Of a DNA stretch of 64,000 nt, positions 10,101-20,711 are shown piece after piece; positions within the stretch are counted from its first letter, which is position 1; every line of letters begins with the position of its first letter. Under the pieces are notes generated by a model. It did not search any database. It was not told the origin of the DNA and saw nothing but the letters and a program-made list of their open reading frames with translations. The DNA comes from an uncultured Gammaproteobacteria bacterium. GTDB lineage: Bacteria > Pseudomonadota > Gammaproteobacteria > CAWCPV01. Both the position numbers and the translations under genes were made by a program. The stretch is from contig CAWCPV010000007.1 of NCBI GenBank assembly GCA_963797555.1, forward strand, positions 288,001-352,000, given 5' to 3'.

Positions 10101-10316
10101 TTGGGCAATACGTACACCGCGATTTTCGAGCGCGATGGTGAGTGGTACATCGCATATTGTCCTGAAATCCCCGGGGCGAATGGCCAGGGCCACACGAAGG
10201 AAGAGGCTCGGAAAAGCCTGGCCAGCGCGATCGAACTCATCTTGCGGGACCGGCGAGAAGACGTGCTGCGAGGGTTGCCAGCCGATGCCGAACGGGAGAC
10301 GGTGACTGTGGAGTGA
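10101..10316 (+). CDS. hicB: HicB-family antitoxin
   Basis: YTAIFERDGEWYIAYCPEIPGANGQGHTKEEA; GGAGGT RBS before TTG. Confidence 0.9.
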   Translation: MGNTYTAIFERDGEWYIAYCPEIPGANGQGHTKEEARKSLASAIELILRDRREDVLRGLPADAERETVTVE

Positions 10317-10504
10317 AGAGAGGTGTCCTTCTGCGGCATCTCCGGCAGCACGGTTGCTACCTCAAACGGGAAGGGTCATCCCATTCCTTATGGTGCAATC
10401 CTAACACTGGAGCGGTAGAAGCCGTGCCCCGGCACTCTGAGATCCCCAATCGCATGGCAAGAAAGATCTGCCAAGCGCTGTCCGTTCCAGAGATCGGCGG
10501 ATGA
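10313..10504 (+). CDS. hicA: HicA-family toxin
   Basis: LLRHLRQHGCYLKREGSSHSLW...VPRHSEI; GTGA overlap with hicB. Confidence 0.9.
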   Translation: MKRGVLLRHLRQHGCYLKREGSSHSLWCNPNTGAVEAVPRHSEIPNRMARKICQALSVPEIGG

Positions 10505-10777
10505 ACTCGCCCGGGGGCACATCGAGTCAGTCCTCCCCGTGTAATCTCTGTTGGAGTCGTGTTCGTGCACCAGGACGAACCAGGACGAATGGGGTCAGAC
10601 ACGATATTTGTGCCATCCTTCGTAGGAGCTAGGGGGTCAGTTCTCGCTTCGTAAACTCTGGGGAGGACGCGGTGCGGTGGGAAAAATCCGGGGCTCCGGA
10701 GCCACCGGGCCCAGACCTAAGAGACTGGGATCCCGCCGGGTTGCATCCAGTGTGCGCTCGCTGTGCAGCGGGCAGGG

Positions 10778-13700
10778 TTAGGCCGATTCGGCGAGCTGAG
10801 CGAGGGGTGCACGGTTTCCCGCGCCAGACCCCCGATGCGAGCTACGGGCCGACGCCTCTCCAGATGGAGAAGCATCGATGCCGAAGACCCGAACCTCAAT
10901 GGGGCCGAGTTGGTTCCTTTCGAACGCCACCGCGATCTTCCGCAGGCGCTCGATCAGGTCGCCAAAGCTCATGGCCGCTCGCGTGTCCGGGTCGTGCCAT
11001 GTACGCCGTCCGTGGTGCGATACCACCAGGACACCGTGTCGCCGCGTCGCGGGCTTCAGATAGTTCCTAGCGAGTTGCCAGGTTAGCGCCCGTTCCAGGG
11101 CTCGAACGGTCCAGGGCATTCCGCCGTGTTTCACCTCCACCGCGACCTCGAACGGGGCGGCGGTGGAAGAGACGATGATGTCCGGCTTGTCACCGCGCGC
11201 GACTTGAGCCTCTCGATGGACGTGAAAGCGGCCATTCGCGCGGAGACTCATCTGTTCGGCGATCCACTTCTGGACCTCGTCTTCGTTCTGTGCGCGTGCG
11301 ACCAACGGCCGCGATGTGGCATCGGCATGAAACAGACCAGACTGAATATCCGACAGCACATCCATGACGACGCGCAGCAGCGCCTCGCCCGACTTTACCG
11401 GCGCAACGTGGCACCGCTCCAAGGCAAGAACCTCGGCCGGTGTCCAGGCCGGTGGCTCGGCGTCTTGCTCCGCCTTGCCGTGCGCGAGCTCTCTGAAACG
11501 GATAGCGCGAGACGGGAATGCCTCGTCGGCGGCCAGCATGCGCATGGCTCGGTAGGCCTCGACACCGGGCCGGTCGAGCAGGGTGCCAAGGAGGGTGTTG
11601 CGCGCTGCCTCGGCTTCGTCCCGTGCGTCCGGCGTGTACGGGCCCTCACGCCTCCGGTCTTCCTCGGGACGTACGTACCGGTAGGCGAGGCGCACAAGTG
11701 CTTCCAAGGAAGATACCGATGCGCCGTGGAGAGTGCCTGCCGCCAGCGGCTCGTGCCGCCCGAACAGCGCACCGAGGCAAGCTTCGGCACGGGCGTCGCG
11801 CAGACTCGGCGCAGCACCGTCGAGCCAGTCGGCCAGCTCACCCGTGGCGCGATTCTGCGTCGACTAGGAACAACATTGCGAGGTAGCGCCGCACGCCTCC
11901 GTCCTCGTTCGCGACTTTCGCCGCTCGCAGTCTTCGGAGCGCAAGCGTTGCCGTACGGCGCCGTTGAGCGTCGTTCAGGTCCAGGTACCGAAGAATCCGC
12001 AGCGCGCAGTCGAGCATCTCCCGGTTTTTCGGCGTTTTCCCGGTGACCGCCTCGAACAGAAGCTGTTGTACAGAGGGCGAGACGGGCCTGTCGGACCAGC
12101 CGTAGTGAGAGAGGAGGTCGGTGCGGCTTCCGTATCGTCCCGACCACTCCTGCTGCAAGGTCCGACGCACGATCGGCAACGTTACCCCCGGTTGCCGGTC
12201 GATGAGTGCCTCGATCCAGTACGGGTAGCCCTGCTCGGAGAGGCAGCCGTGCAGGGCGGCGCGCTCGGCCTCGGCGGGAACCAAGCGCGACGCCCAGTCT
12301 GGATGCTCCGCAGCTTCGACCCCCAACCCGGCGACCGACAGGATGGTCGCGTACTTGACGGTCACACGGTTGTCCTTTGTGTGTTTTGGGCGTTCCGGCG
12401 CTGTGACGCGCCAGAGCGCCTTCATGCCGTCGCGGTACGCCTCGGCGACGGCCCGACCGAATGCCTCTTCCAGCAGTCGCCATTGGAGAACCGCTTCCGC
12501 CTCTCCATCCTTAGTTCTGTGCCGAAGCCAGTTGGTCAGGTAGTGGAGCCTGGATGCCCCCTTGGCCCAATTGGCCAAAAGAACGGGATCGCACAGCACC
12601 GACGGGTCTGCCCTGATCTCGTCACGAAATTCTACCCAGGACGCCCTGTCCTTGCGCTCCTTTTCTTCCCATTGGCGTTGTATGGTGCTCTGCCTCCGGC
12701 GTAAGCGGAGAGCTTCTTCACTTTCGACCGGAGGTGCGAGGTAAGCATTCAGGTCCCTCTCCAACTCGCCCCAGCCCGCGACCCGCCTGCGTAACCTGGG
12801 CGCTTCAGCGCCGAATGTACCGGCATTCGTCAGCACGGCAACGAGGGCACTGAGCGCAACGCGCCTGTCAGGCTCGAAGGGACGCGCGGCGAGGTCTTCG
12901 TAAAGCCAGCTCAGATCCTCGGGGCCGAGTCGCCATAACCTGCCGCCGTGGACATGCACCTGCCAAACGCGTGTCGGGTGCTCCTCTCCAAGATTGGCAT
13001 TTCGCCGGGTTTCGTCAACGTCCGCCCAGAAGAGCCTGCGCTGTAGGCGCTGGTTGGCGGACACCAGGGTGCTGAGCGGCGGCCCTTCCTGGTCGGCGGC
13101 CGCGCGCGGTTCGGCGCGCTCGATCACCATCAGCAGGCGGACCAGGCCATCGCAGGGCTCCGCGCCTCCTAAGGCCAGCACCGCGTCACGTCCTAGCGCC
13201 GTTATGTTCGCAGCGAAACCGTAATGGTGTGCGGAGATTCGCAAGTGATGAGCCGCGAAAGGCGGCGCAAGGCACAGGTCCGCAACGCCCGCGATGAAAC
13301 GCTCACGGGCAGCGGCATCGGGACAAGCTTCCCAGAGCGCGCGAGTCACATCGCCGAAGCCTTCGTGGGACCGCTCGTTCGGTGAGGGAAAGCGCTCGAT
13401 CAGGTCGAGCAGTTCGTCGACCGAGAGATAATGCGGGAACAGCACCTTGGCGAAGTGCGGGGCGAGCCGGGCAGTGGCCGGCGCGGAAGCGGCCACCAAC
13501 CAACGCGCGGCCGCGGCCAAGCCCTCGACATCGCCGCAGACGTCGACAGCTTCCAGCGCGACCATCCGTAGGTAGTCGTCGCCCGCTTCATCCACCAGCG
13601 TTCCGCGTGCTAGGTCCACGCAGGCGCGGATCGCCCCTTCGCGGACGACGCGCAGGAGATCGATCCGAAAATCTCTGCGGTCGTTGATGGTCCAGCTTCG

Positions 13701-14695
13701 ACGGATAGCGCCGGCGAGGTCCGGTGTGGCGAACATCCACAGCGCACGGCGGTCGAGACTGTCATTGGCGATCTCCCCGGCCCGGTGGCGCTCCGCGTAG
13801 GTGAATAAAAGGCGTTCCTTGGCCTCCAAAGGGAGCGAGCGCGAGTCGCCGTAACGCAGAAGCACCAGCGGCTCGCGCCGGATCATCTCGTCGCGGATAT
13901 CCCGGTGGTCCAGAGCGAGCCAGGCCGCGGTCCCATGGAGCGACGGCACAAGGGTCTCGATGCCGTAGCGATCGGCGAAGATTAGCTCCCACACGGCATC
14001 TCGGGCATCTCGCGGAGAGCCAGGCTGAAGGAGCCGGTTCAGCCACTTCGCGGTCAGGTACTCCTGGGTGGCCCGATGGTGGAAGCGGACTCGCCCGTAA
14101 GTCGAGGGCGCGAACACGCCGCGGCGGATCAGGGCATTGCGCTCGGCGTCCGCCCAATCGTCGAGTACGGAGACGGGATCGAGGGCACCAGCGGCGAGGG
14201 TCGGGTCGGGGTCGTGTCCCGGCGCACGAAGCGTAAACGACTTGGCCAATGTCAGCGCGGCGGCGAGTCGCTCGCCGCCTTGGCGCGCCCGTTCGAGTGA
14301 AAGATCTCGGTTGTCGGGCCGGAACTTGTCCCGCTCGGTGAGCTTGCGGGTAACGCCCTGCTCGGTCATCTCGACCAGCGAGCCGAAGCGGTGCTGGTTC
14401 TTCCAGTACTCGGCGAGGTCGAGAAGGTCGCCGGGGCGCTCTGCCAGGGCGTCGAGCCCGTGCCGCTCGATCCCCTCGACGAATGCGTCCGTGCGTTCGA
14501 CTCCGGCCGCGGCGGCGAGCGCCTGTCGCTGCTCCGTGGTCAGGGGGACGAGTTGCACGACGAGGAGGTCCTCCGGCTTGTGCTCAGGCTCTTTCGCGGC
14601 GACGGCGTTACGGGCTTCGTTCTGGTTCGCGAAGATGGGGCCGAGCAAGGCGTGACTTCGATCGCGCTGGACCCCGATCACGCCGCTCCGACGCA
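10778..14695 (-). pseudogene. 5'-truncated STAND/NACHT-like protein with helical repeats and a C-terminal PD-(D/E)xK nuclease-like domain; frameshift near 11850
   Basis: LAERPGDLLDL and VRFHHRATQEYLTAKWL are post-NTPase motifs; C-terminal REAQVARGDKPDIIV...VAVEVKHG; no Walker A/B, and the 5' end joins an attC half-site. Confidence 0.65.
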
Positions 14696-14752
14696 TCAAT
14701 GCACCGGACCTGCGCGAAACGCCGCGCAGGCCATTGATTTCAAATGTTAGGT
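14694..14752 (+). other. attC site lacking R'' (truncated on the left)
   Basis: CATCAATGCACCGGACCTGCGCG-AAACGC-CGCGCAGGCCATTGATTTCAAAT-GTTAGGT hairpin plus core, 35 bp before the next ORF. Confidence 0.65.
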
Positions 14753-14787
14753 TGCACGCTGGCGTGTTGCTATAGGCCGATGGCGCT

Positions 14788-15465
14788 ATGCAGAAGCTGA
14801 GTGTAAGGGCATGGCCCGCACTCGCGGTGCTCGCCGTTGTGATGGGTCTTCTGCTGTTTGTCCCTGCGGGGACCGTTCACTATTGGCAAGCATGGGTGTA
14901 CTTGTCCATCTTCACTGGCGCATCGGGCGTCACTACGCTCTATCTCATGAGAAAAGACCGGGCTCTTCTTGAGCGTCGGATGCGCGGCGGTCCGACGGCG
15001 GAGAAGCGACCAGCTCAAAAGCTCATCATGCTGGGTATGTCAATCGGCTTCATAGCGCTTCTTGTCGTACCAGCGTTCGACCACCGCTTTGGGTGGTCCC
15101 CCGTACCGCTCGGCGGTGTCGTGGCGGGGGACGCGCTCGTCGCGATCGGGTTTTATCTCATTTTCCTGGTGTATCGAGAAAACACGTTCACGTCGGCGAC
15201 CATCGAGGTTGCTGAGAATCAGAGGATCATTTCGACCGGGCCGTACGCAATCGTTCGGCATCCGATGTACGCGAGTGCGTCCCTGTACCTTCTCGGCACG
15301 CCGCTCGCGCTTGGCTCGTACTGGGGGCTCGTACCGATCGCCGCGATGGCGCCATTTCTGATATGGAGGCTCTTTGACGAGGAGCGCTTCCTGGCCGGGA
15401 ATCTGCCCGGATATACCGAATACCAGGAAAAGGTCCGGCATCGTCTTGTGCCATTCGTGTGGTAG
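14788..15465 (+). CDS. Isoprenylcysteine carboxylmethyltransferase / PEMT-family membrane protein
   Basis: Multiple TM segments; ENTFTSATIEV...STGPYAIVRHPMY; EERFL. Confidence 0.9.
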   Translation: MQKLSVRAWPALAVLAVVMGLLLFVPAGTVHYWQAWVYLSIFTGASGVTTLYLMRKDRALLERRMRGGPTAEKRPAQKLIMLGMSIGFIALLVVPAFDHRFGWSPVPLGGVVAGDALVAIGFYLIFLVYRENTFTSATIEVAENQRIISTGPYAIVRHPMYASASLYLLGTPLALGSYWGLVPIAAMAPFLIWRLFDEERFLAGNLPGYTEYQEKVRHRLVPFVW

Positions 15466-15554
15466 TCGAGCAAGCCGGTTGCCCTGAGATATGGAACCTG
15501 TACAGGCGCCTCGGGTCAGTACTCGCCCTGTGGCGAGGGTGGTATCGTGCGAGC

Positions 15555-15935
15555 CATGACGACTTCGCATCGAATTCTTCGCTGCACTGTAGCTTATGAC
15601 TTCTCGCGCTGATCGGCGCGACCTCCATCTTCGAGGACGATGGAGATCGGCAGAGGTTCCTAGGGGCATCACCGGCAGTTCGTTCGTCAGGGCATTGGGA
15701 GGGAGAGCCTCTGGAGCGGGTTGCGACCGCAAGATCTATCTTGGGGATGAGCGGTTTGTCGAGCGCATGCAGGCCAAGGCGCAGGTTCAGGGCGATGAGC
15801 TGAGTATTCCGCGCGCCCAAAGGCGAGCTCCACCCGCCTCGCTGGCGTCCATTGCGGCGAAGTCCCGAGCACACGGGACGAGGCGATGCTCGCAGCTTAC
15901 GCGACGGGTGCCTAACAGCTATCGAGATATCGCCC
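15555..15935 (+). pseudogene. Degraded RAYT/Y1 transposase
   Basis: CGCATCGAATTC 5' part matches the 8720/9157 copies; C-terminal IYLGDERFVERMQ...SIPRAQRR...SYRDIA. Confidence 0.65.
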
Positions 15936-16063
15936 AGAAGTCGGGAGGCTGCCCGTCAAGGTGGGCCGGCGACCGCCAGACCGGCCTATTCGGTCAGCGG
16001 CGGTGCCGGCCGCTGTGGCAGCCGCAGGCCGCGAATTTCCCGCGGCCCCTGTCGTTCCCGACC

Positions 16064-17182
16064 TTATTGCACCACCCCGCGCTCATGGGCCAGGGCCGTC
16101 TGCGTCTGCTCGGCATTACCCGGAGTACTGAAACGAATGAGTGAAAAAGCGACCCCCGCATGGTCGGGACCTTCACGGCCCGCCGCGTTGGAATCCGAGA
16201 CCTCCGGCATCGCAACACGAACGAATCCGGAAGTGGCGTTACTGGGCCGAGCCAGGGTGGACGGATCGATCACGTTCAACATCTTGCTCAGGTTCAGCTC
16301 GCCGGCCAGGGAATTGCGGTCGCTATCAAAAGTCCTGACCGGGACGTGCAGACGGTCGCACCCGTCAGCGCCGGCCCGACAGTTCTGGTCCAGCCACACC
16401 ACGAGCTGAGTGGAGCCGTTCAGGCTGGGATCGAGGAAGTAGCGCATGTCGAAAAATACGGTATCGTTCGCAGCGCCGTCGTCGTTGTCCAGCCCCATGC
16501 CGGAAGTCAGGGGCGAATAGTTGGTAGGTTGCCCACCGGTATAGACGATTTCCGCGAATCCTTGACGCAGCGGGGGGGTGTTTCCAAGGTTTGCCATCGG
16601 CAGCACCGGGATGTAAGCCGCCGACTCCCAGTTGCCGCGGATGATAGCGGCGTCTCCATAGATGCCGAACGCGGGGTCGAATGCCCCAAAGGTCGCCGAA
16701 TCGTTGCCAAAAACCAGGAAACCGCTCATGCCATCCAGCGCACTCATGCCAGAGCTTTGCACCGCAGAACCCCAATCGAACGGCACGAAGTCGTCGCAGC
16801 CGGTGTTCATCTGGCCCTGGGCCTGGATAATGCCCGTGGCGTTGAAGAACCACCAATCGATGGTGCCGGTTGCTCCCGTGTTATTGGGTGCACCGACCAA
16901 GTCGCAGTCGGTCGCATTCTCCTGCGGCGCCGAAGTGAAGCCGGGTCCGGTATAGTCACCGCCCCCCCTCTCCGTCTGGTTGGGATCATCCCCCAGGGTC
17001 GAGGGGATGGTGAGCCCGACGAGGGTATTGACGTTATTGGCGGAGTCGTACACCACATACGGGACGAGCACGGCCTCACCCGGCTCGGCCTGGCTGATGG
17101 CCTGGGAGGTGCCTGCGTAGCTCAGAGCACAGATGACGCTTGCCATGATCAGGGTTTTTTTGCGGACGCTAGGAATTGTCAT
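16064..17182 (-). CDS. Exported hypothetical protein (signal peptide; D/G/N/T-rich)
   Basis: 372 aa; VRKK + hydrophobic + SQA signal; GAGGAG RBS; paired cysteines. Confidence 0.8.
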   Translation of the reverse strand: MTIPSVRKKTLIMASVICALSYAGTSQAISQAEPGEAVLVPYVVYDSANNVNTLVGLTIPSTLGDDPNQTERGGGDYTGPGFTSAPQENATDCDLVGAPNNTGATGTIDWWFFNATGIIQAQGQMNTGCDDFVPFDWGSAVQSSGMSALDGMSGFLVFGNDSATFGAFDPAFGIYGDAAIIRGNWESAAYIPVLPMANLGNTPPLRQGFAEIVYTGGQPTNYSPLTSGMGLDNDDGAANDTVFFDMRYFLDPSLNGSTQLVVWLDQNCRAGADGCDRLHVPVRTFDSDRNSLAGELNLSKMLNVIDPSTLARPSNATSGFVRVAMPEVSDSNAAGREGPDHAGVAFSLIRFSTPGNAEQTQTALAHERGVVQ

Positions 17183-17774
17183 TTCACGTACTCCTCAAGA
17201 GATGCCTGTTTGCCATTGAACCACGAGACCACGATGCCCGACAGGCAACCCCAAACACCCGCCTTGCTCACAGGCTAGCCCTTTTTGGTTGCCCGCTTGT
17301 CTGGTTGCCCGAGATCGTGGCCCGACCTGCGGCGCACGACACCGGTCGCTGGCCTTTACGGAGTATAACGATAATTGCGTCTGGCGCCATCCCGGACGCT
17401 GCAAGGGCAGGCTCAAGGCTTTCACACCGAAGCTGGGGGTTCGAACCCAACGAATCAGCCACCCCGCGATACAGGACCTAGCACTGCGATATTCGCGATG
17501 ACTTGCCGCCATTCTGCGGCGCGCAATATCGCGTTCAGAGGGGCATCGCGGTGGCCGGTCGAAGCTGGTCTGGCCGGGCGATTGCCGCGCAACAGCTCGC
17601 AATCTTGCCACGCACAAAACGGTAGCGCGCGTCGATAGTCAGCTTGCTCCGGCCCAACCCGCGCACCCAATGACAGCTCATACAATCGCCTTGGAACAAG
17701 GCGAGACTTCGCCACACCGCAGCGGCAACCGTCCCGGCGGCCTGACGGTGCCACCCGCGGCGTCTGAAGAACTG

Positions 17775-18147
17775 CTAGCCCAGCTCGCTCAGCTCCCGCA
17801 TCAGGGCCGCCTCGTCGCCCAGGTTCAGCTCCAGCAGACGCCGCAGCGTCGTGAAGCTCTCCAGGTCCGTGGTGGTGCGCGCGAAGCCGCCGCGCCGGCC
17901 ATCGAGGTGGGCCAGGCGCGTTTCCATCGTGATGCCGAAGCTGCCATCGCCCAGGCGAATCTGAAGCTGCACCGGGTCGCCTCCCTGGCCCGGCCAATCC
18001 GCCGGCAACTCGACCAGTGCCCCTTTCAGCGAAACATCGAGCAGGGTCCCTTGCCAGATGCCGCGGAACGTCGCGGATCCGCACGTGGGCGTCGAAGGGG
18101 ACGCGGGTGAACCGCCTGCGCTCTTCGGTGTCGTCGCCTTCCGGCAT
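17775..18147 (-). CDS. PilZ domain protein; apparent frameshift near 18065
   Basis: ERRRFTR (RxxxR) and LLDVSLKG (DxSxxG) in adjacent frames; LRRLLELNLGD C-terminus. Confidence 0.85.
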
Positions 18148-18209
18148 CGGCTTTGTTTCTCGATGACCCACCGGGTCCGTGCTACTGTCGAGGTGCGCGC
18201 GTCAGAGCC

Positions 18210-19568
18210 TCATGCCGCCACCTTGGGCAGGTGGTCCAGCGCCTGGCGGATAGCCGCGTCGGGGTACTCGTAGTCCTCCAGCTCCCCGCTGAAGTACTTG
18301 TCGTAGGCGGCCATGTCGAAGTGGCCGTGCCCGGAGAGGTTGAAGAACAGCGTCTTGGGCTCGCCGCGTCTTCTTGCACCTGAGGGCCTCGTCGATGACG
18401 GCACGGATGGCGTGGCAGGACTCGGGCGCCGCGATGATGCCCTCGGAACGGGCGAAGGTGACGCCCGCCTCGAAAGTGGCCACCTGTGGCACGGCCAGCG
18501 CGTCCACCAAGCCCTCCTTGTGGAGCTGGGACACCAGCGGCGAGTCGCCGTGGTAGCGCAGCCCGCCCGCGTGGATGGCCGGCGGAACGAAGTCGTGGCC
18601 GAGGGTGTACATGAGCATGAGGGGAGTCAGGCCCACGCTGTCCCCGAAGTCGTAGGCATAGTGGCCGCGCGTCAGGGTAGGGCAGGAGGCTGGGCTCCAC
18701 CGCCACGAGCCGCACCTCCTTGCCCGCCGCCTTGTCGGCGAAGAACGGGAACGCCGAGCCCCCGAAGTTCGAGCCGCCGCCGCACGACGCGAACACCATG
18801 TCGGGGTATTCGCCGATCTTCTGGAACTGCTTCTTGGCCTCCAGACCGATGACCGTCTGGTGGAGCAGCACGTGGTTGAGCACCGAGCCCAGGGAATAGT
18901 TCGTGTCCTTCCGGGAGGCCGCCTCTTCGACCGCCTCGGAGATGGCGATTCCCAGGGACCCGGGCGAGTCCGGGTCCTGGGCCAGGATCTGGCGGCCCGC
19001 CGCGCTCAGGTCCGTCGGGCTGGCGAGCACCTCGCGCGCCCCATGCCTGCATCATGGAGCGGCGGTAAGGCTTCTGGTGGTAGCTCACCTTCACCATGTA
19101 GACCCGCACCTCGATCCCGAACATCTGACCAGCCAGGGCGAGCGCCGACCCCCATTGCCCCGCCCCGGTCTCCGTCGCGAGCCGGCGGATGCCCGCCTGC
19201 TTGTTGTAGTATGCCTGGGCAACTGCCGTATTGGGTTTGTGGGAGCCGGCGGGGCTCACCCCCTCGTACTTGTAGAAGATCTTGGCCGGCGTTCCCAGCG
19301 CCTGTTCGAGGCGGTGGGCGCGGTACAGGGGTGACGGGCGCCACAGCCGGTAGATTTCACGCACCGGCTCGGGGATCGGGACCCAGCGCTCGCCCGAGAC
19401 CTCCTGGCCGATGAGCGCCTCCGGAAAGATGGCCAGCAAGGCGTCGGGGCCGATGGGCTTTCCGTCCGGGCCCAGCGGCGGCGCCGGCGGGTTGGGCATG
19501 TCCGCGATGACGTTGTACCAATGAGTGGGAATCTCGGACTCGTCCAAGAGGACCTTGGTTTGCGGCAT
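18210..19568 (-). CDS. trpB2: TrpB2-type tryptophan synthase beta chain; apparent frameshifts
   Basis: [53 protein letters not shown] across four frames. Confidence 0.93.
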
Positions 19569-19699
19569 GCGCTGTGTCTCCTCCTCGGTGGGATCGGCGG
19601 GCGGGTGCCGTGCTGGGTAGTTATCCCGACGGTGCGACGGGGATTGTAACCGATGGTCCGGCGTTGGCGAGAACGACCCCCCGCCGTGGGACGCGATTC

Positions 19700-20678
19700 C
19701 GGGCTCGCGCGCCGGGCGATGGTCTGAAATGTGCGCCGCCAGGAACGCCGGAATGCGTTCCTCCAGCCAGTAGCTCGGACGCCAAGGGGGGCCGGCGACA
19801 AATCCTACATGACCGCCCCGCGCGCTCAACTCCAGGGTGACGTCGCCGGACAGTTCATCGGCCTCGGGCACCGAGTCCGGGGTCATGAACGGGTCGTCCA
19901 GGGCGTGCAGGATGAGGGTCGGTACCCTGATGTCCCTCAGATAGCGCCGGCTGCTCGATCGCGCATAGTAGTCGTCCGCGCCCAGGAAGCCGTGCAGCGG
20001 CGCGGTGACGTGCTCGTCGAATTGCCTGAAGGTCTTCAGAGGCGAGACGTAATCCAGGCCGTCGGGTGCCGGCAAGACGGCGAACTTGCGTGCAGTCTTG
20101 CGCCGCAAACTGCGCAACAACTTCCACTGATACAGGGTGGAGAGCCCACGCTCCAGACGCCACGCCGCGCGCGACAGGTCGAAGGGGACCGATACGGCGA
20201 CCGCGGCTTGGACCGGAGCGTCGGCGCCGCGCTCCCCCAGCCACTTGAGCAATACGTTGCCTCCCAAAGAATAGCCGACCACCGCCAGGCGGCGCACTCT
20301 GCCGCTGCGCCGAAGGCGGCCCACGACGAAGTCCAGGTCGCCGGTCTCTCCGGAATGGTAGCTGCGCGCCAGACGGTTCAGCTCGCCGCCGCAGCCGCGG
20401 AAGTGCATGACCACAGCCTGGTAGCCTTGCGTGCCTAGAGCGCGCACCAATGCGCGCGCGTAAGGGGATCGGCTCGATCCTTCCAGGCCGTGCAGTACCA
20501 GCACCAGATCGGTACCCCCGCCCGGCGTCCAATCCAGGTCCAGAAAGTCTCCGTCAGGCAACTCCCAGCGTTCCCGCTGCAGTGGGACGCCGCGCGGGCG
20601 TCGGGCCACGTTCGCCCAGAGCGTCTGCAGGTGCCCGCCCGGCAGCCACCAGGCCGGCCTGAACACACTGTCCGTCAC
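19700..20678 (-). CDS. yheT: YheT-like alpha/beta hydrolase (no stop codon before trpB2; 3' end approximate)
   Basis: [21 protein letters not shown] nucleophile, DDPF, GGHVGF. Confidence 0.85.
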
Positions 20679-20711
20679 CGCAAGCGGCCGAGCTCGGGCA
20701 GCGGCTGCGGG

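Noticed and set aside
17400-17470. GGGGGTTCGAACCC as a tRNA T-arm or riboswitch
   Set aside because: I could not build a cloverleaf, acceptor stem or c-di-GMP riboswitch consensus around it.
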